NCBI RefSeq assembly: GCF_006345805.1
Contig: NC_042998.1
Location: 6,014,001-6,078,000, forward strand
DNA length: 64,000 nt
Source: Octopus sinensis
Taxonomy: Eukaryota
Reading direction: 5' to 3'
Shown one piece after another: positions 13,247 through 27,380 of this stretch. The stretch's first letter is position 1, and every line of letters begins with the position of its first letter. Under the pieces are notes generated by a model. That model searched no databases, had not been told where the DNA came from, and worked only from the letters and a program-made list of their open reading frames with translations. The position numbers and the translations under genes are program-made.

Positions 13247-13665
13247 TCTCATCATCATCGTTTAACATCCGTTTTCCATGCTAGCATGGGTTGGATGGTT
13301 TGACCAGGGTCTGGGAAGCCAGGAGGCTGCACCAGGCTCCAGTCTGATCTGGCAGAGTTTCTACAGCTGAATGCCCTTCCTAACGCCAACCACTCCATGA
13401 ATGTAGTAGGTGCTTTTTATGTGCCACTAGCACAGGGGCCAGGGGAGGCTGGCAACGGCCATAATCAGTTGGTGCTTTTTAAGTGCCACCAGCACGGAAG
13501 CCAGTCAAGGTGGCGCTGGCATCGGCCACATTTGGATGGTGCTTTTTATGTGCCACTGGCACAGGTATCATAACTACAATTTCCATTTGATATTTTTATG
13601 TTGATGTACTTGACTCAATAGATCTCCTCAAGCACAGCAGGTCGCCCTACGATCCAAGATAAGTA
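13247..13665 (-). mobile_element. RTE 3' UTR fragment
   Basis: Same family. Confidence 0.75.
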
Positions 13666-14335
13666 AAGCAACAAAATACTCACTAAATTCGATTAGAATT
13701 TCTGAGATGGAGAAATGCCATTATTTGGATTACAGCCCTCATCTCAATTGCTAAAGTCACTAAGATACAGTCATTCTACTCTCTGGCTTTCTTCACAGAG
13801 CCTGTTATATTTGGTAATGTTCTGAAAATTTCAAATAGTGCCCATAATGAAATAGAAGAGGTAGTTAGTCCGTATTTAGTTGTCCGGTCAAAGTTTAATC
13901 TCCTGTTAATTATTTTGCCGCTTGTAATATTGCTTAGTTGCATGCATGGGTGTATAGTAAGAAGTCTGCTACACAACCATATGGTTTTGGATTCAGCCTC
14001 ACTGTGTGGCACCTTGGACAAGTGTCTTCAGTAGACAAAAACTGAAATAGCCTGTTACATATATATATTGTTCGTGTTAGCAAATATATACGTTTTATTT
14101 ATTATTTTGCACATTACTTAATCATCGTTATATGCTTTATCTAATAATTAATATTTCTATTATATGTAATTTTTCTAAATGGTATAATTTAATTTTTCAT
14201 TATTGAATTGATAAAAGGTGTTTTCTTTTTCTAATTTATATATATATATATTATATTTTGTGACATTTGATTTAGCATTTCCAAATTAAATTTTTCCCTG
14301 TGAGTTTGGAATAATATTCCCTCATATTATTATGA

Positions 14336-14383
<48 letters not shown>

Positions 14384-14418
14384 TATATATATATGTGTGT
14401 GTGTGTGTGGTGTGTGTG

Positions 14419-14457
<39 letters not shown>

Positions 14458-15317
14458 GATAGATAGATAGATAGATAACTATACGTCAGTGTGTGTGTCT
14501 TTGTGTTAGTCCTCAGCATCTTAACAACCAGTGCTACTTTGTTTTCATCCCTACAATTTACCAGTTCAGCGAAAGAGACTTATAGGATAAGTACTAGAAT
14601 AATAAAAAAAAAAGTAAATAGATAAAAACAAGTTCTGGGGTTGATTTGTTTGACTAAAACTCATTGAGGCAGTGCCCCATCAAGGCCACAATCCAAGGAC
14701 TGAAACAAGTGGCAAAAAAAGAAAAATATAAATAAATAAATAACAGACAGCCATTCCGTTCGAACCAAAGAATATAATATCTTACTGACTTAGGGATTGA
14801 ACACTCATCCACTACCTGAGCTACTGCACTTAAATCTTATATTCATCATCTCATTATCCTACAGGACAATGGGACAGTGAATATAAGCATTAATTGCACT
14901 AATGTGGACTAAAGAGAAATAGCAAAGTGACTATCAACAAAATAGTAAACTCCAACGACTTCAATGCGAGAACTAATGAGGATTGGTGAGATCTCACACG
15001 AACTAGTGGAACCCGGGAACTAATGGGAACTAATGAGAATGGATATAAGCGAAAGGTCATCCAATGTACAAATTCTTGCTTCAATAAATATGCAATGTTT
15101 GACGAGTGTCTCACTGCAGCCAGTAGGAAAAATTAATTAGTATTAAATAAATGCACAAAACACATTCAACAGCCTCACCCAAGCCATAGTGTACAGGATG
15201 AACGATAATTTTTATGTCATGGGCTACAAGTGCAAAATATTACCAATCCCAGTAAGCAGCACATCAGAAGAACAGAGATGTAATAAGAATGATAGTAGTA
15301 TTGGTTACTGCAAAGGC

Positions 15318-16270
15318 AGTGAGCTAGCAGAATTATTAGTATGCCGGACAAAATGCTTAGTGGTATTTCATCTGCTGCTACGTTCTGAGTTCAAATTCCG
15401 CCGGGGTCGACTTTGCCTTTCATCTTTTCAGGGTCAATTAAATAAGTACCAGTTATGCACTGGGGTCGATATAATTGATTTAATCTGTCTGTCTGTCCTT
15501 GTTTGTCTCCTCTATGTTTAACCCCTTGTGGGTAGTAAAGAAATAGGTATTTCGTCTGCCGCTACGTTCTGAGTTCAAATTCCGCCAAGGTCAACTTTGC
15601 CTTTCATCCATTCGGGGTCAATTAAATAAGTACCAGTTATGCACTGGGGTTGATATAATCGACTTAATCCGTTTGTCTGTCCTTGTTTTTCCCCTCTGTA
15701 TTTAGCCCCTTGTGGGTAGTAAAAAAATAGGTATTTCGTCTGCCACTACGTTCTGAGTTCAAATTCCGCCGAGGTCGACTTTGCCTTTCATCTTTTCAGG
15801 GTCGATTAAATAAGTACCAGTTATACACTGGGGTCGATATAATCGACTTAATCTGTCTGTCTGTCCTTGTTTGTCTCCTCTATGTTTAACCCCTTGTGGG
15901 TAGTAAAGAAATAGGTATTTCATCTGCCGCTACATTCTGAGTTCAAATTCCGCCAAGGTCGACTTTGCTTTTCATCCATTCGGGGTCAATTAAATAAGTA
16001 CCAGTTATGCACTGGGGTTGATATAATCGACTTAATCTGTTTGTCTGTCCTTGTTTTTCCCCTCTGTATTTAGCCCCTTGCGGGTAGTAAAGAAATAGGT
16101 ATTTCATCTGTCTTTACATTCTGGGTTCAAATACCACTGAGGTTAGCTTTACCTTTCATCCTTTCAGGGTTGATAAAACCAGTAACAGTTGAGCACTGGG
16201 GGGTGATGCAACCAACTTACCTGCTCTGCCAAAATTGCCGGCCTTGTGCCAATATTTGAAACCAATATTG
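15318..16270 (+). mobile_element. Head-to-tail array of SINE family B, 184-bp period
   Basis: GGTATTT unit starts at 15362, 15546, 15730, 15914 and 16098; B-box-like GAGTTCAAATTCC in units 1-4. Confidence 0.9.
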
Positions 16271-16464
16271 TTTATCAGAAGTTCAACATTCAGGGGAAAG
16301 GAATACTGAGGTTTCTTTTTAATTAAGCCCAGAAAAAATTAATAGAAATAATAGAAATAACTCTCGCAATTTTTCAATCCTTCTATCCTTTAATTGTTCT
16401 TATATAAAAAATGGATAGAAGGCTCGATGCATGCATGCATTCAAGTGTGTGTCTCTGTCTTTAT

Positions 16465-16939
16465 TTTTTACTTGTTTCAGTCATTAGACTGTGGTCATGC
16501 TGGAGCACTGCCTTGAAAAATATTAGTTAAAAGAATCAACCCCAGAACTTATATTTTTTTAAAGACTTGTACTTATTCTATTGGTCTCTTTTGCTGAACC
16601 ACTAAGTTATCGGTACGTAAACACACCAACTGTAAAACAGTGGTGGGGGACAAACACATACACAAAGCCAGACACACAAACACATACACACACACACATA
16701 TATATATATATATCATCATCATCGTTTAACGTCTGTTTTCCATGCTAGCATGGGTTGGATGGTTCGACCAGGGTCTGGGAAGCCAGGAGGCTGTGCCAGG
16801 CTCCAGTCTGATCTAGCAGTGTTTCTACAGCTGGATGCCCTTCCTAATGCCAACCACTTTGTGAGCGTAGTGGGTGCTTTTTACGTGCCACCAGCACAGG
16901 TGCCAGGGGGAGGCTGGCAACGGCCACGATCGGTTGGTA

Positions 16940-16987
<48 letters not shown>

Positions 16988-17150
16988 ACAGGTTTCTTTC
17001 AGTTTCTGTCTACCACATCTACTCACAAGGATTTGGTCAGCACAATGCTGTAGTAGAAGACTCTTGCCCAACGTGCCACGCAGTGGAACTGAACCTAGAA
17101 CGATGTGGTTGGGAAGCAAATTTCTTGCCACACGGCCATGCCTGTGCTTA
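16465..17150 (-). mobile_element. SINE family A split by an RTE 3' end (16712-16940)
   Basis: Both halves flank the insert at the internal microsatellite. Confidence 0.75.
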
Positions 17151-17487
17151 TGAAACAGATGTTTAAAAATATCACCTAATAATATTTTATTGATTTCTGT
17201 TTACCATAATAGATTTTTATAAAAATGCCAGCTTTCTTCACACACACACACACACACACATTTATATTCACGTTCAATTTGGATTGATACAAAGTAGTAT
17301 TCCAATAAAAATTTTAATTCATTGTCATCTTAATATTCCAGACATTTCAATGAGTTTCACTCATTCTCAAGAGAAGTCACTTAACTTTAGTTTTGATAAG
17401 AAGCTAACAAAATTATATTGCTCAGTTTAGTCTTGACTAGTTTCTGGTGTGTATAAGCAAGTATGTTCATATACATTACATGTAGAA

Positions 17488-17990
17488 TTAAGTAGGCTTC
17501 ACCGTGAGAAGAAAACACTCCTCCATTACTGTTCTCACCTCGTCTACGGAATTCTTATTTTTTCCATCCAAATGATTTTGAAGACTGCAGAATAATTGAT
17601 AATCAGATGGGACAATGTCTGGCAAATATGGCGGGTGGGACACTGTTCCCCATTCAGAATGTGCCAGCCTTTGGAATGCCATCCTTGCTGCATGTCATTG
17701 AGCATTATCCTGATGGAAGAACACCTAGGGCGGCGAGCTGGCAGAAATGTTAGCACACCAGGCGAAATGCTTAGCAGTATTTCATCTGCCGTTACGTTCT
17801 GAGTTCAAATTCCGCCAAAGTCGACTTTGCCTTTCATCCTTTCGGGGTCGATAAATTAAGTACCAGTCGCACACTGGTTTGTCCCCTCTATGTTTAGCCC
17901 CTTGTGGGCAATAAAGAAATAAGAACATCTTTTGTCTTGAAGCCAAAGATGGTCGTTTTTCGTCTAGCACTGACTTAAGCCGCTCAAGCT
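17488..17990 (-). mobile_element. Mariner transposase remnant (C-terminal catalytic region), split by a SINE
   Basis: LERLKSVLDEKRPSLASRQKMFFHQDNAQ*HAARMAFQRL...HPPYLPDIVPSDYQLFCSLQNHLDGK resembles mariner HDNA and YSPDLAPSDY motifs. Confidence 0.85.
17724..17920 (+). mobile_element. SINE family B inserted in a mariner remnant
   Basis: AAGAACA duplicated at 17717-17723 and 17921-17927. Confidence 0.85.
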
Positions 17991-18631
17991 GTTATGTTTT
18001 GGTTTGGGTTTCAAAGTTCAAAGTGGACTAAACCTTACATATCTCACCAAACAGATAACAACACCTTAGGTGGGTGAAGACATTCTTTAGCTTGGGGTGC
18101 CAGTGATTCTCCTTTCCCTAACTGTCTTCGGCACTTGACATTTTTATAGAGAACTTATTTGTCATCACCAATCACTATTCGGTTCAAAAACGGGTTCATT
18201 CGTGAGACATGACAACAAAGAAGAGCACATATTCACTCTCTGCATGTGATTAGGTTTGGAAAGTTTGTGAGGAACTCATTGACCCAATTTGCTGAATTTT
18301 CCGATAGCACACAAGTGTCAATGAATGGTTGAATGACCAAATCCAAGCTTCTCACTTACAAATGTATTGGTAGTGGAACTCCAATCTCTCTCTTATTGTA
18401 GGACATTACATCTATAATTTCTCTATTCTATGAATACTTCCATGGTAGTTGTTCTGCTGAACTTTCATCTGACATATCCACACCTAAAATTATTTGGTAG
18501 ACGGAAACTGAAAGAAGCCTGTCGTATCATCATCATCATCATCATCATTTAGCGTCCGTTTTCCATGCTAGCATGGGTTGGACGGTTCTACTGGGGTCTG
18601 TGAAGCCAGAAGGCTTCATCAGGCCCAGTTA

Positions 18632-18669
<38 letters not shown>

Positions 18670-19770
18670 TGTGTGTGTATATGTTTGTGTGTGTGTGTTT
18701 GTCCCCCTAGCATTCGCTTGACAACCGATGCTGGTGTGTTTATGTCCCCGTTATTAGCAGTTTGGCAAAAGAGACTGATAGAATAAGTACTGGGCTTACA
18801 AAGAATAAGTCCCGGGGTCGATACTAACAATTTGAATCTTCTTCTGGTTAATTTTCATCTTATTTTTTTTTTAGTGATTTATTTTCTCAAATATGTCTTA
18901 AAGTACAGCCCTTCTAGTTCTGGTTCTTCAGACAAATACAATCTTAATTCTTTTAAATCTTGAGATGAGCCTTCCCATTTAAATAAAATTATAATTCTTT
19001 TAAATCTTACATTTTACTACACTTCAGGCAGTTTCTTATTTGATTTTGTTTTACTTTCTGTATTTTCTTTCCTTTACCAAGCGAAATGCTTAGTGGAATT
19101 TCATCCATCTTTACGCTCAGAATTCATATCCCACTGAGGGCAATTTTGTCTTTCCTTCTTTTGGGGATTGATGTAATTGATTACCCCCTCCCCTGAAGGC
19201 CTTGTGCCAAAATTTGAAACTAATATTTTCTTTCCTTTTCTTTTGTAACTATCAACATACCAACCATTTACTTGAGGATTGTTTTATTGCTATCTTTTTG
19301 CAAGGGATTTCTAGTAATAAGCCAAAAAGCATTTTTCAGTCATTAATTTTATCCAGTTATTCTCATTTTCCTATCCTTACATTAACCAAGTATATGAAAA
19401 TAATACAAAAATGCTAACCTTTATGATTAAATGTTATGAACAGAAGTTATCTAAGGATAATAATTGTCCTCAAATAATCAAAGGATGCAGCACGGAGTTT
19501 TGTCAGTGAACAGGTCGCGGTCTCAAAGTGACGAAAATATTTTGACAAATTAAATTCAAATGTTGAAGTGAATCTAACGGTTTTTGTGTGTTTCTTAAAT
19601 GGCTTATAAACACCTTCCACGCTGCAATTGTTTTCGTTCCAGCACACGATCTCAGATCAGGTCACTTGCTATGCAAGTACATCTCCATAAATCAAAGGAT
19701 CTAACACAAGAAATAGCCAAACCTTCAACTATGTGCAGCTAAATATGATCCTTAACATACTTGTTATTAA

Positions 19771-19990
19771 CCCTTTAATATTTACACAGGACACATCCAA
19801 CCCAAATATTTTATTTGTTCTATGTTCAAATCAGCTAGCTCTGGCTTTTTACACCTACCCTACAATGTCATTCTATAAATAAACAACCAGACCACTGAGA
19901 TCTTGAAGCTATGAGACAATACATGATAAATTTAAAACAATGTGAATAAATAAGTATTACATTTAAGACAGTAGTCTGAATGTTAAAGGG
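19771..19990. mobile_element. TTAA-flanked MITE, family P2
   Basis: TTAA-CCCTTTAA...TTAAAGGG-TTAA. Confidence 0.75.
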
Positions 19991-21027
19991 TTAAACATTA
20001 TTATCAATATATATTATCATTAACATTCTTATAATCATGATTAGGAAAATCCCTAATACTTCAATGCTTTCCAAAACCAATCTCAATTCAAATGTTTCAA
20101 AGGTCTTAACTTTCATCTCAGTAAACAGGTGTAATCTTGACATTTACGTATTTCCTAATCCTCTCAGAATGAAATATTCCCAGCGGAAGGTTGATTAATA
20201 TGCAGATTGTTTAAAGGAGAACAGGATGTTGTTGTAAGAAACCAACATTGGATGTAGGCAATTAAGAGTGTTTCTGTTTACATTGTTTTCACACTGGTGA
20301 ATATGCAGTGGCTTTGAAATGATCTCGTCTGTTTTTAACACAGTTCATAAGACAGCAGTGCTGTATGCCCTTTTAAAGAGATAATAAAATATATATCATA
20401 TATATTCAATTCATGGGTTTAGACTTAGAAACAAAATAAGTACGTAAAATATCTCATATTGATACTTAATCCATAAGGTTATAAAGCACTCTTAAATTTA
20501 AGATGAATTATAGAAAACAATGTACATGAGTTGATCACTGGTTCTTTGTGTTGGATAAGTTTGGTGATTGGACATGAGTGTGTGTTTAAAAAGCTGAGAG
20601 AGTGAGAGAGGATGTTAGCTGATAAGTAGCCCAATGTTTCAAGGACAAGTGCTATCAGTTCGGTGTCATGGGGGTGCCTATAAACATGTCAAAATTGAAT
20701 AAAGCCATCATCATCATCATCACCATCGTCATCATTTAACATCCGCCTTCCATGCTGGCATGGGTTGGACAGTTTGACAGGAGCTGGCCAGGCAGAAAAC
20801 TGCACCATAATTCTGTGTCTGTTTTGGCATGGTTTCTATGACTGGATGCCATTCCTAATACCAACAACCTCACAGAATGAGCTAATAAAAGAAATTGCTC
20901 GACCGCAACAAAACTTGAACTCACAGTCCTCTAATTCAAAGTCAGAGGCCTTATCCATTAATATAAACAAAAAAATTAGTAATAAGCAACAACCCTAGTT
21001 TAATGAATGTGATATATTGTTTATATA

Positions 21028-21259
21028 TAGCGGTGAGCTGGCAGAAACATTAGCACACCGGGCGAAATGCTTAGCGGTATTGCGTCTGTCGTTGCGTTCT
21101 GAGTTCAAATTCCGCCGAGGTCGACTTTGCCTCTCATCCTTTCGGGGTCGATAAATTAAGTACCAGTTACGCACTAGGGTCGATGTAATCGACTTAATCC
21201 GTTTGTCTGTTCTTGTTTGTCCCCTCTATGTTTAGCCCCTTGTGGGCAATAAAGAAACA
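21028..21259 (+). mobile_element. SINE family B
   Basis: 13-bp TSD GATATATTGTTTA (21011-21023 and 21260-21272). Confidence 0.9.
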
Positions 21260-21602
21260 GATATATTGTTTAGCATTTTAATAATACAAAGAGAAAATGG
21301 CTTGAATCTACTCCAGAGATGAGTGCTGAACTATCACTGTGACACTGAAATGATAAGCCAAAATGATTATATTGCACCTAACATATCATTCACTGAAATA
21401 ATTTCCTGATTAATAAACTTCTCTTTACCCTTGACTCATGGGTAGAGTGAAAAGTTCAGCTCACACGATAGGACTAGTCCAAGATATGGCAATAAAATCA
21501 TCCAGGCAAAAGAACAGGCTTGATGTGGAGAGCCTTTTTAAAAAGAACATTTTAATATAAAGGAAATGATCCTGGCTCTCACATAATATTTTAATAACAT
21601 AA

Positions 21603-21970
21603 GCGTAGGAGTGGCTGTGTGGTAAGTAGCTAGCTTACGAACCACATGGTTCTGGGTTCAGTCCCACTGTGTAGAAACTTGGACAAGTGTCTACTACTAT
21701 AGCCTCGGGCTGACTAAAGTCTTGTGAGTGGATTTGGTAGACGGAAACTGAAAGAAGCCCATCGTATATATGTATATATGTGTGTGTGTCTGTGTTTGTC
21801 CCCACAACATCACTTGACAACTGATGCTAGTGAGTTTACATCCCTGTAAGTTAGCAGTTTGGCAAAAGAAACCGATAGAATAAGTACTAGGTTTACAAAG
21901 AATAAGTTGCTCGACTAAAGGCGGTGCTCCAGCATGGCTACAGTCAAATGACTGAAACAAGTAGAAAAGT
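21603..21970 (+). mobile_element. SINE family A
   Basis: Similarity to other copies. Confidence 0.85.
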
Positions 21971-22167
21971 AAACTGATGGACGCACGTGCACCAATCTTA
22001 ATCTCATGATGATCAGTTTAATGAGAATAACTTTTATACATTGGCACCTTGGCTGTTCTGGGAAAATAAACTACAATTCAGAAATATTTTGCAAAGTAAG
22101 TATCGAGAAAACTGGTGACAATAACAGGGACGGAAAACAAAACCATTTGAAGATGGTTGATGACTTT

Positions 22168-22925
22168 ACCTATTTCTTTACTACCCACAAGGGGCTAAAC
22201 ACAGAGAGGACAAACAAGGACAGGCAAACGGATTAAGTCAATTATATCGACCCCAGTGAGTGAAGGCGCATGGCTCAGTGGTTAGAGCGTCGAGCTTACG
22301 ATCATGAGGTTGTGAGCTCGAATCCCGGACCGGGCTGCGTGTTGTGTCCTTGAGCAAGATACTTTATTTCACGTTGCTCCAGTTCACTCAGCTGTAGAAA
22401 TGAGTTGCGACGTCACTGGTGCCAAGCTGTATCGACCTTTGTCTTTCCCTTGGGTAACACTGGTGGCGTGGAGAGGGGAGGCTGGTATGCATGGGCGACT
22501 GCTGGTCTTCCAAAAACAACCTTGCCCGGACTTGTGTCTAGGAGGGTAACTTTCTAGGTGTAATCCCATGGTCATTCATGACCGAAGGGGGTCTTTTTTT
22601 TTTAGTGCGTAACTGGTACTTAATTTATCGACCCCGAAAGGATGAAAGGCAAAGTCGACCTTGGAATTTGAACTCAGAACGTAGCGGCAGACGAAATACC
22701 TATTTCTTTACTACCCACAAGGGGCTAAACACAAGGGATAAACAAGGACAGGCAAAGGGATTAAGTCGATTATACCGACCCCAGTGCGTAACTGATACTT
22801 AATTTATCGACTCCGAAAAGATGAAAGGCAAAGTCGACCTCGGTGGAATTTGAACTCAGAACGTAACGGCAGAAGAAATATGGCTACGCATTTCGCCTGG
22901 TGTGCTAACATTTCTGCCAGCCCGT
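22168..22925 (-). mobile_element. Tandem SINE family B with a family F SINE nested at 22264-22603 (+)
   Basis: The B unit is broken at CGACCCCAGTG and resumes AGTGCGTAACTGG after the F copy. Confidence 0.8.
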
Positions 22926-22989
22926 CCAAGTAAGGAGTGCAAAAGGATTGAATGTCTTAGACTCAAAATTGTGTGAAAGTCCTCCCTTC

Positions 22990-23500
22990 CTGATAACTCG
23001 AAGGCATGTTTCTTCAAGGCAGCTGTTGAATAAGTTCTTCTCTATGGCACTTCAGCATGGACACTGAACAAGAGTCTTGAAAAGAAACTTGACAGTAGAT
23101 ACACAAGAAAGCAGTTCTCAATCCTTCTTGGCAGCAACATTCTACAGAGCAACAAGTGCACGGTAGTTTTCCTGCTACTGCCTCTGTAATGGGAGAAAGA
23201 AGATCATGTTATGCAGGAGACTGCTGGAGAAAGAAAGATGAAATATCCAGCAATGTCCTACACTGGGAACCTATACATTAACACACAGCAATCAGCAGGC
23301 TAAGAAGTGTGTAAATCGATCAGTTTGTGGAAGACACTCGATATTAAATTGAGGATAAGAAGACTGCTATGGAAGATAAGGGACATCTGTCATGGAAGAG
23401 TTGAAAGGGTTTGGGCAAGTCACCTGACCGGAAATACAGACAGTAAATACAGTGAATGCACAAGGACTGGACAAGAAATAGGAAGATGGAGACGTATGGC
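22990..23500 (+). mobile_element. Decayed RTE-type LINE fragment
   Basis: Reads FFKAAVE*VLLYGTSAWTLNKSLEKKLDSRYTR...SWQQH...ERRSCYAGDCWR. Confidence 0.7.
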
Positions 23501-23509
23501 ATTCAATCT

Positions 23510-23720
23510 GCTAAGATTGGATACCATACTTAGTGGTATTTCGTCTGTAATTACGTTCTGAGTTCAAGTTCTGCTGAGGTCGACTTTGCTTTTCATCCTT
23601 TCGGGGTCGATAAATTAAGTACCAGTTATGCACTGGGGTCGATGTAATCAACTTAATCCCTTTGTCTGTTCTTGTTTTGTCTCCTCTATGTTTAGCCCCT
23701 TGTGGGCAATAAAGAAATAA
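23510..23720 (+). mobile_element. SINE family B (5' truncated)
   Basis: Similarity to other B copies. Confidence 0.8.
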
Positions 23721-24338
23721 GATTGAATACCATACACCAAGAATACCAAGATGGTATCTAACGATGATGATGATGATGATGATGATGATGAGATGGAGGT
23801 GGATTCACACGACTCAATAATATGAGATGCAGTTAAGTAGAAAATGAAACAATATCCTATTGCCACCGGGACTGGAGAGTGTGTGTGTGGTGGGGTGACC
23901 ATGCTGGGAAGGAAGTGGGTTGGAACTCCGTACTCATCTACCCAATACAAACTATGGATGCAAAGAAAGGGGAGTGGGATGGAAAGCAAGCTGAAAAAGG
24001 AGTGGGATTTCTTATATAATGGATGGAATAACCAGCAGCAGCCGGGCTAACCAAGAAATGAAGCCTTCTATATATAGTTCATAACTTCTGTAATCAGCAG
24101 AGAAAGGTGGTTGTAACAAAAGTGTGATAGCCAGAAGGACAAGAGTGGGAGAAGTTCAGGGAATTATTAAATCTGGTGGTAGCAAAGGGATTTTCTCTCC
24201 AAGGAAGAGAAGATTATATAACATTTCTGAATACAAAATATTATGTTGTTGCATAGTAGAGAAATAAGAGCAGTCAGAATAGAGTAAGCGCAAAAGCAGG
24301 TAAAAATGATTTACGTGTGCTCAACAATATGGTACAGT

Positions 24339-25085
24339 GAAGGCATATGGCTCAGTGATTAGGGCATCAGGCTCAGAATCATGAGATAGTGAGTTCAATT
24401 CCAGGACTCGGCTGTGTGTTGTGTTCTTGAACAAGACATTATATTTCACATTGCTCCAGTTCACTCAGCTATAGAAATGAGTTGCGACATCACTGGTGCC
24501 AAGTTGTATCAGCATTTGCCTTTCCCTTGGATAACATCAATGGTATGGAGAGGGGAGGCTGGCATGGGAAAGGTGGCAAGCTGGCAGAAACGTTAGCATG
24601 CCGTGCGAAATGCTTAGCGGTATTTTGTCTGCTGTTACGTTCTGAGTTCAAATTTCGCCGAGGTCGACTTTGCCTTTCATCCTTTTGGGGTCGATAAATT
24701 AAGTACCAGCACTGGGGTCGATATAATCGACTTAACCCATCTGTCTCTCCTTGTTTGTCTCCTCTGTGTTTAGCCCCTTGTGGGTAGTAAAGAAATAGGT
24801 ATTTCGTGTGCCATTATGCTCTGAGTTCAAAGGTCGACTTTGCCTTTCATCCTTTTGGCGTTGATAAATTAAGTACCAGTCATGCACTGGGGTCGATGTA
24901 ATCGACTTAATCCCTTTGTCTGTCCTTGTTTGTCTACTCTATGTTTAGCTCCTTGTGGGTAGTAAAGAAATAGGCATTGGCGACTGTTGGTCTTCCATTA
25001 ACAACCTTGTCTGGACTTGTGCTTTGGAGGGGAACTTTCAAGGTGCAATCCTATTGCTATTCATGACCAAAGGTGGGTGGTCTTC
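24339..25085 (+). mobile_element. SINE family F interrupted by tandem family B copies (about 24572-24971)
   Basis: The F body resumes at GGCATTGGCGACTG after two B units. Confidence 0.78.
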
Positions 25086-25409
25086 ATTATATGATACCAG
25101 TGTGTATAAACAACAGAGTGCAAGTGTGTTTAGAGAAATTGGCTGCCAAACAGTAGAGGGAAAGGCTTCAACGATATTTCATGCCTATGGAAAATGACAG
25201 TCAAGTGTAGAAACGGCAAATGTTGTGAGTATAGAAGCCTGTAGAAAGATGAGATGGGGTGGAAAAGTGGTGGGGTGTGATCATAGAATGCTGAACCCTG
25301 TGAAAGAGATGAGAGAGAATGACAACAAGGGGCAAGACACTGTCATGGAACATGTACGCAACCCATGCCATAATTGATGACTGGTCATAAAATGATGTCA
25401 AAGACAATA

Positions 25410-25460
<51 letters not shown>

Positions 25461-26138
25461 CTGTCGTGGAAACAGCATAGAGAAAAACAAGTTATGGTAA
25501 AAATTGAAATAATAAAAACTTATTGATTATTAATGAAATAATAAAACTTATGGTAATAGTGATATAAAACATTGAACCACATTAAAGTGAAAACTTTCAA
25601 TCGATATTATCATTGAATAAAGTGATAGGCTGATAATAACATTAATATAATGCAACTCTCAACAAAATAAAAAGAAAAAAAAAATCAAATCAAATCAAAT
25701 CAAAAAGTAGAGAAGAAAAAAAATGAGACAGAATTCTATAAAGCATCAATGAGGATATTTCATGCATTTTTATAATATTTTTATTTATTTACTGATTTAT
25801 TTTTTGTGTGAATGACAAGTAGATTTTAGAAATAATGCAACTTAGGTCTCGAAATTATTCTCTGATGTCTCAGCAAATATTTGTGGAAGTCCGAGCTTTA
25901 TCTTATAGACTAATAATAATATAGTTCATCAGGAGAAGAAAGAAAACAGCAAAAAGAATATGGACAGGAGTGACACAAGTACTATAAATCAAGACAAGCA
26001 TGGGAAAAAAATGTCATGAGAAATAGTTCAGTAGTTAATATGTAGATGCTGCTATTTAACACTAGGTTAGACCTGTTTGAGCAGATATATATGATTAATG
26101 ACACTCCAGCAATGATGACCATCTTGTCTCTTTTAACC

Positions 26139-26595
26139 CTTTAGTGACGAAAGACCGAGACCTGAGATATGCTGTGACTGTGAAGACCCGACAAATGAAG
26201 TGAGCTCATGGCTCGCAGGATGGCCGGCCGGCTGTGCTAACCTTGGATCATAGAGTGACCCGTTGTGCTTGAGGAGACCCATTGAGTTGTCAACACCAAC
26301 ACCAAAGTAAAAAATCATATGGAAATTGTAGTTATGATACTCGTGCCGGTAGCACGTAAAAAGCACCATCCGAACGTGACTGATGCCAGAGTCGCCTGAA
26401 TGGTGTCTGTGTTGATGACACGTAAAAAGCACCCACTACACTCATGGAGTGGTTGGCTTTTGGAAGGGCATCCAGCCGTAGAAACACTGCCAGATCAGAC
26501 TGGATCTTGGCACAGCCGCCTGGCTCCCCAGACCCCGGTCGAACCATCCAACCCATGGAAAACGGACATTGAACGATGATGATGGTGATGATGAT
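26139..26595 (+). mobile_element. RTE LINE 3' end (ORF end, 3' UTR, (GAT)n tail)
   Basis: TKDRDL..YAVTVKTRQMK* followed by the UTR shared with the CATCATCGTTTAAC family. Confidence 0.78.
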
Positions 26596-27380
26596 TAATT
26601 TATCAAATGCAATGCGAGTTTTTTTTTACATTGCTTTAAATTAATCACACATTATCTTGTGGCTTTGAGATATCAATGATATGATTGTCTATTTTTTGAA
26701 TGACATTGTAGGGTAGGTGTGAGGGACCAGATCTGGCCAGTAGGAACATAAAACAAGCAGAAAATTTTGGCTGAATATGGCTGGCTTAAATGCTAAAGTG
26801 TAAAGAGTATCCAAGGACTACAATGTTCAATGAAATCTGTCATTATTTAAGACAACAGGCTGTGATTTGAGGGCAGTTTGGTTGCAATTTATAGCAGTTT
26901 GAATAACCATGTCAAGGTTCTCCACCTCAATGTCATTTGTCAGCATCATTTAAAATCCATTTTCCATGCTGGCATGGGTTGGACAGTTTGGCAATCCAAT
27001 GAGCTGCAAGACTGCTTCAAGCTCAAATGTTAGCTTTTCCAAGTCTCATTTCTCTGGTCTTCTACAGGCTATTTTGGTTTTCACATATTAACTTATGTAG
27101 GTTGAATTATGTAAAACGTTGTATCTTGCAAAACGCACACCCAAAGCAAAATTATTTTCAGGGGTTCTTAAAGTACTATTATGAATCTCCAACTTACTAT
27201 TTTGTTGCAAGAAACTCCCAAAATCTTATGTGGACCTTCAGGGTTCCATATGGGCCCTGGTTAAGAACAATTGTTTTACATCTTACAAAAACTGATCATC
27301 ATTTCTATACACTTAATCCAGACTTAAAGAAGAAAAGAAAAATACCCACAAGAATTGGTCAGTCTATACCTGTGAATGGT

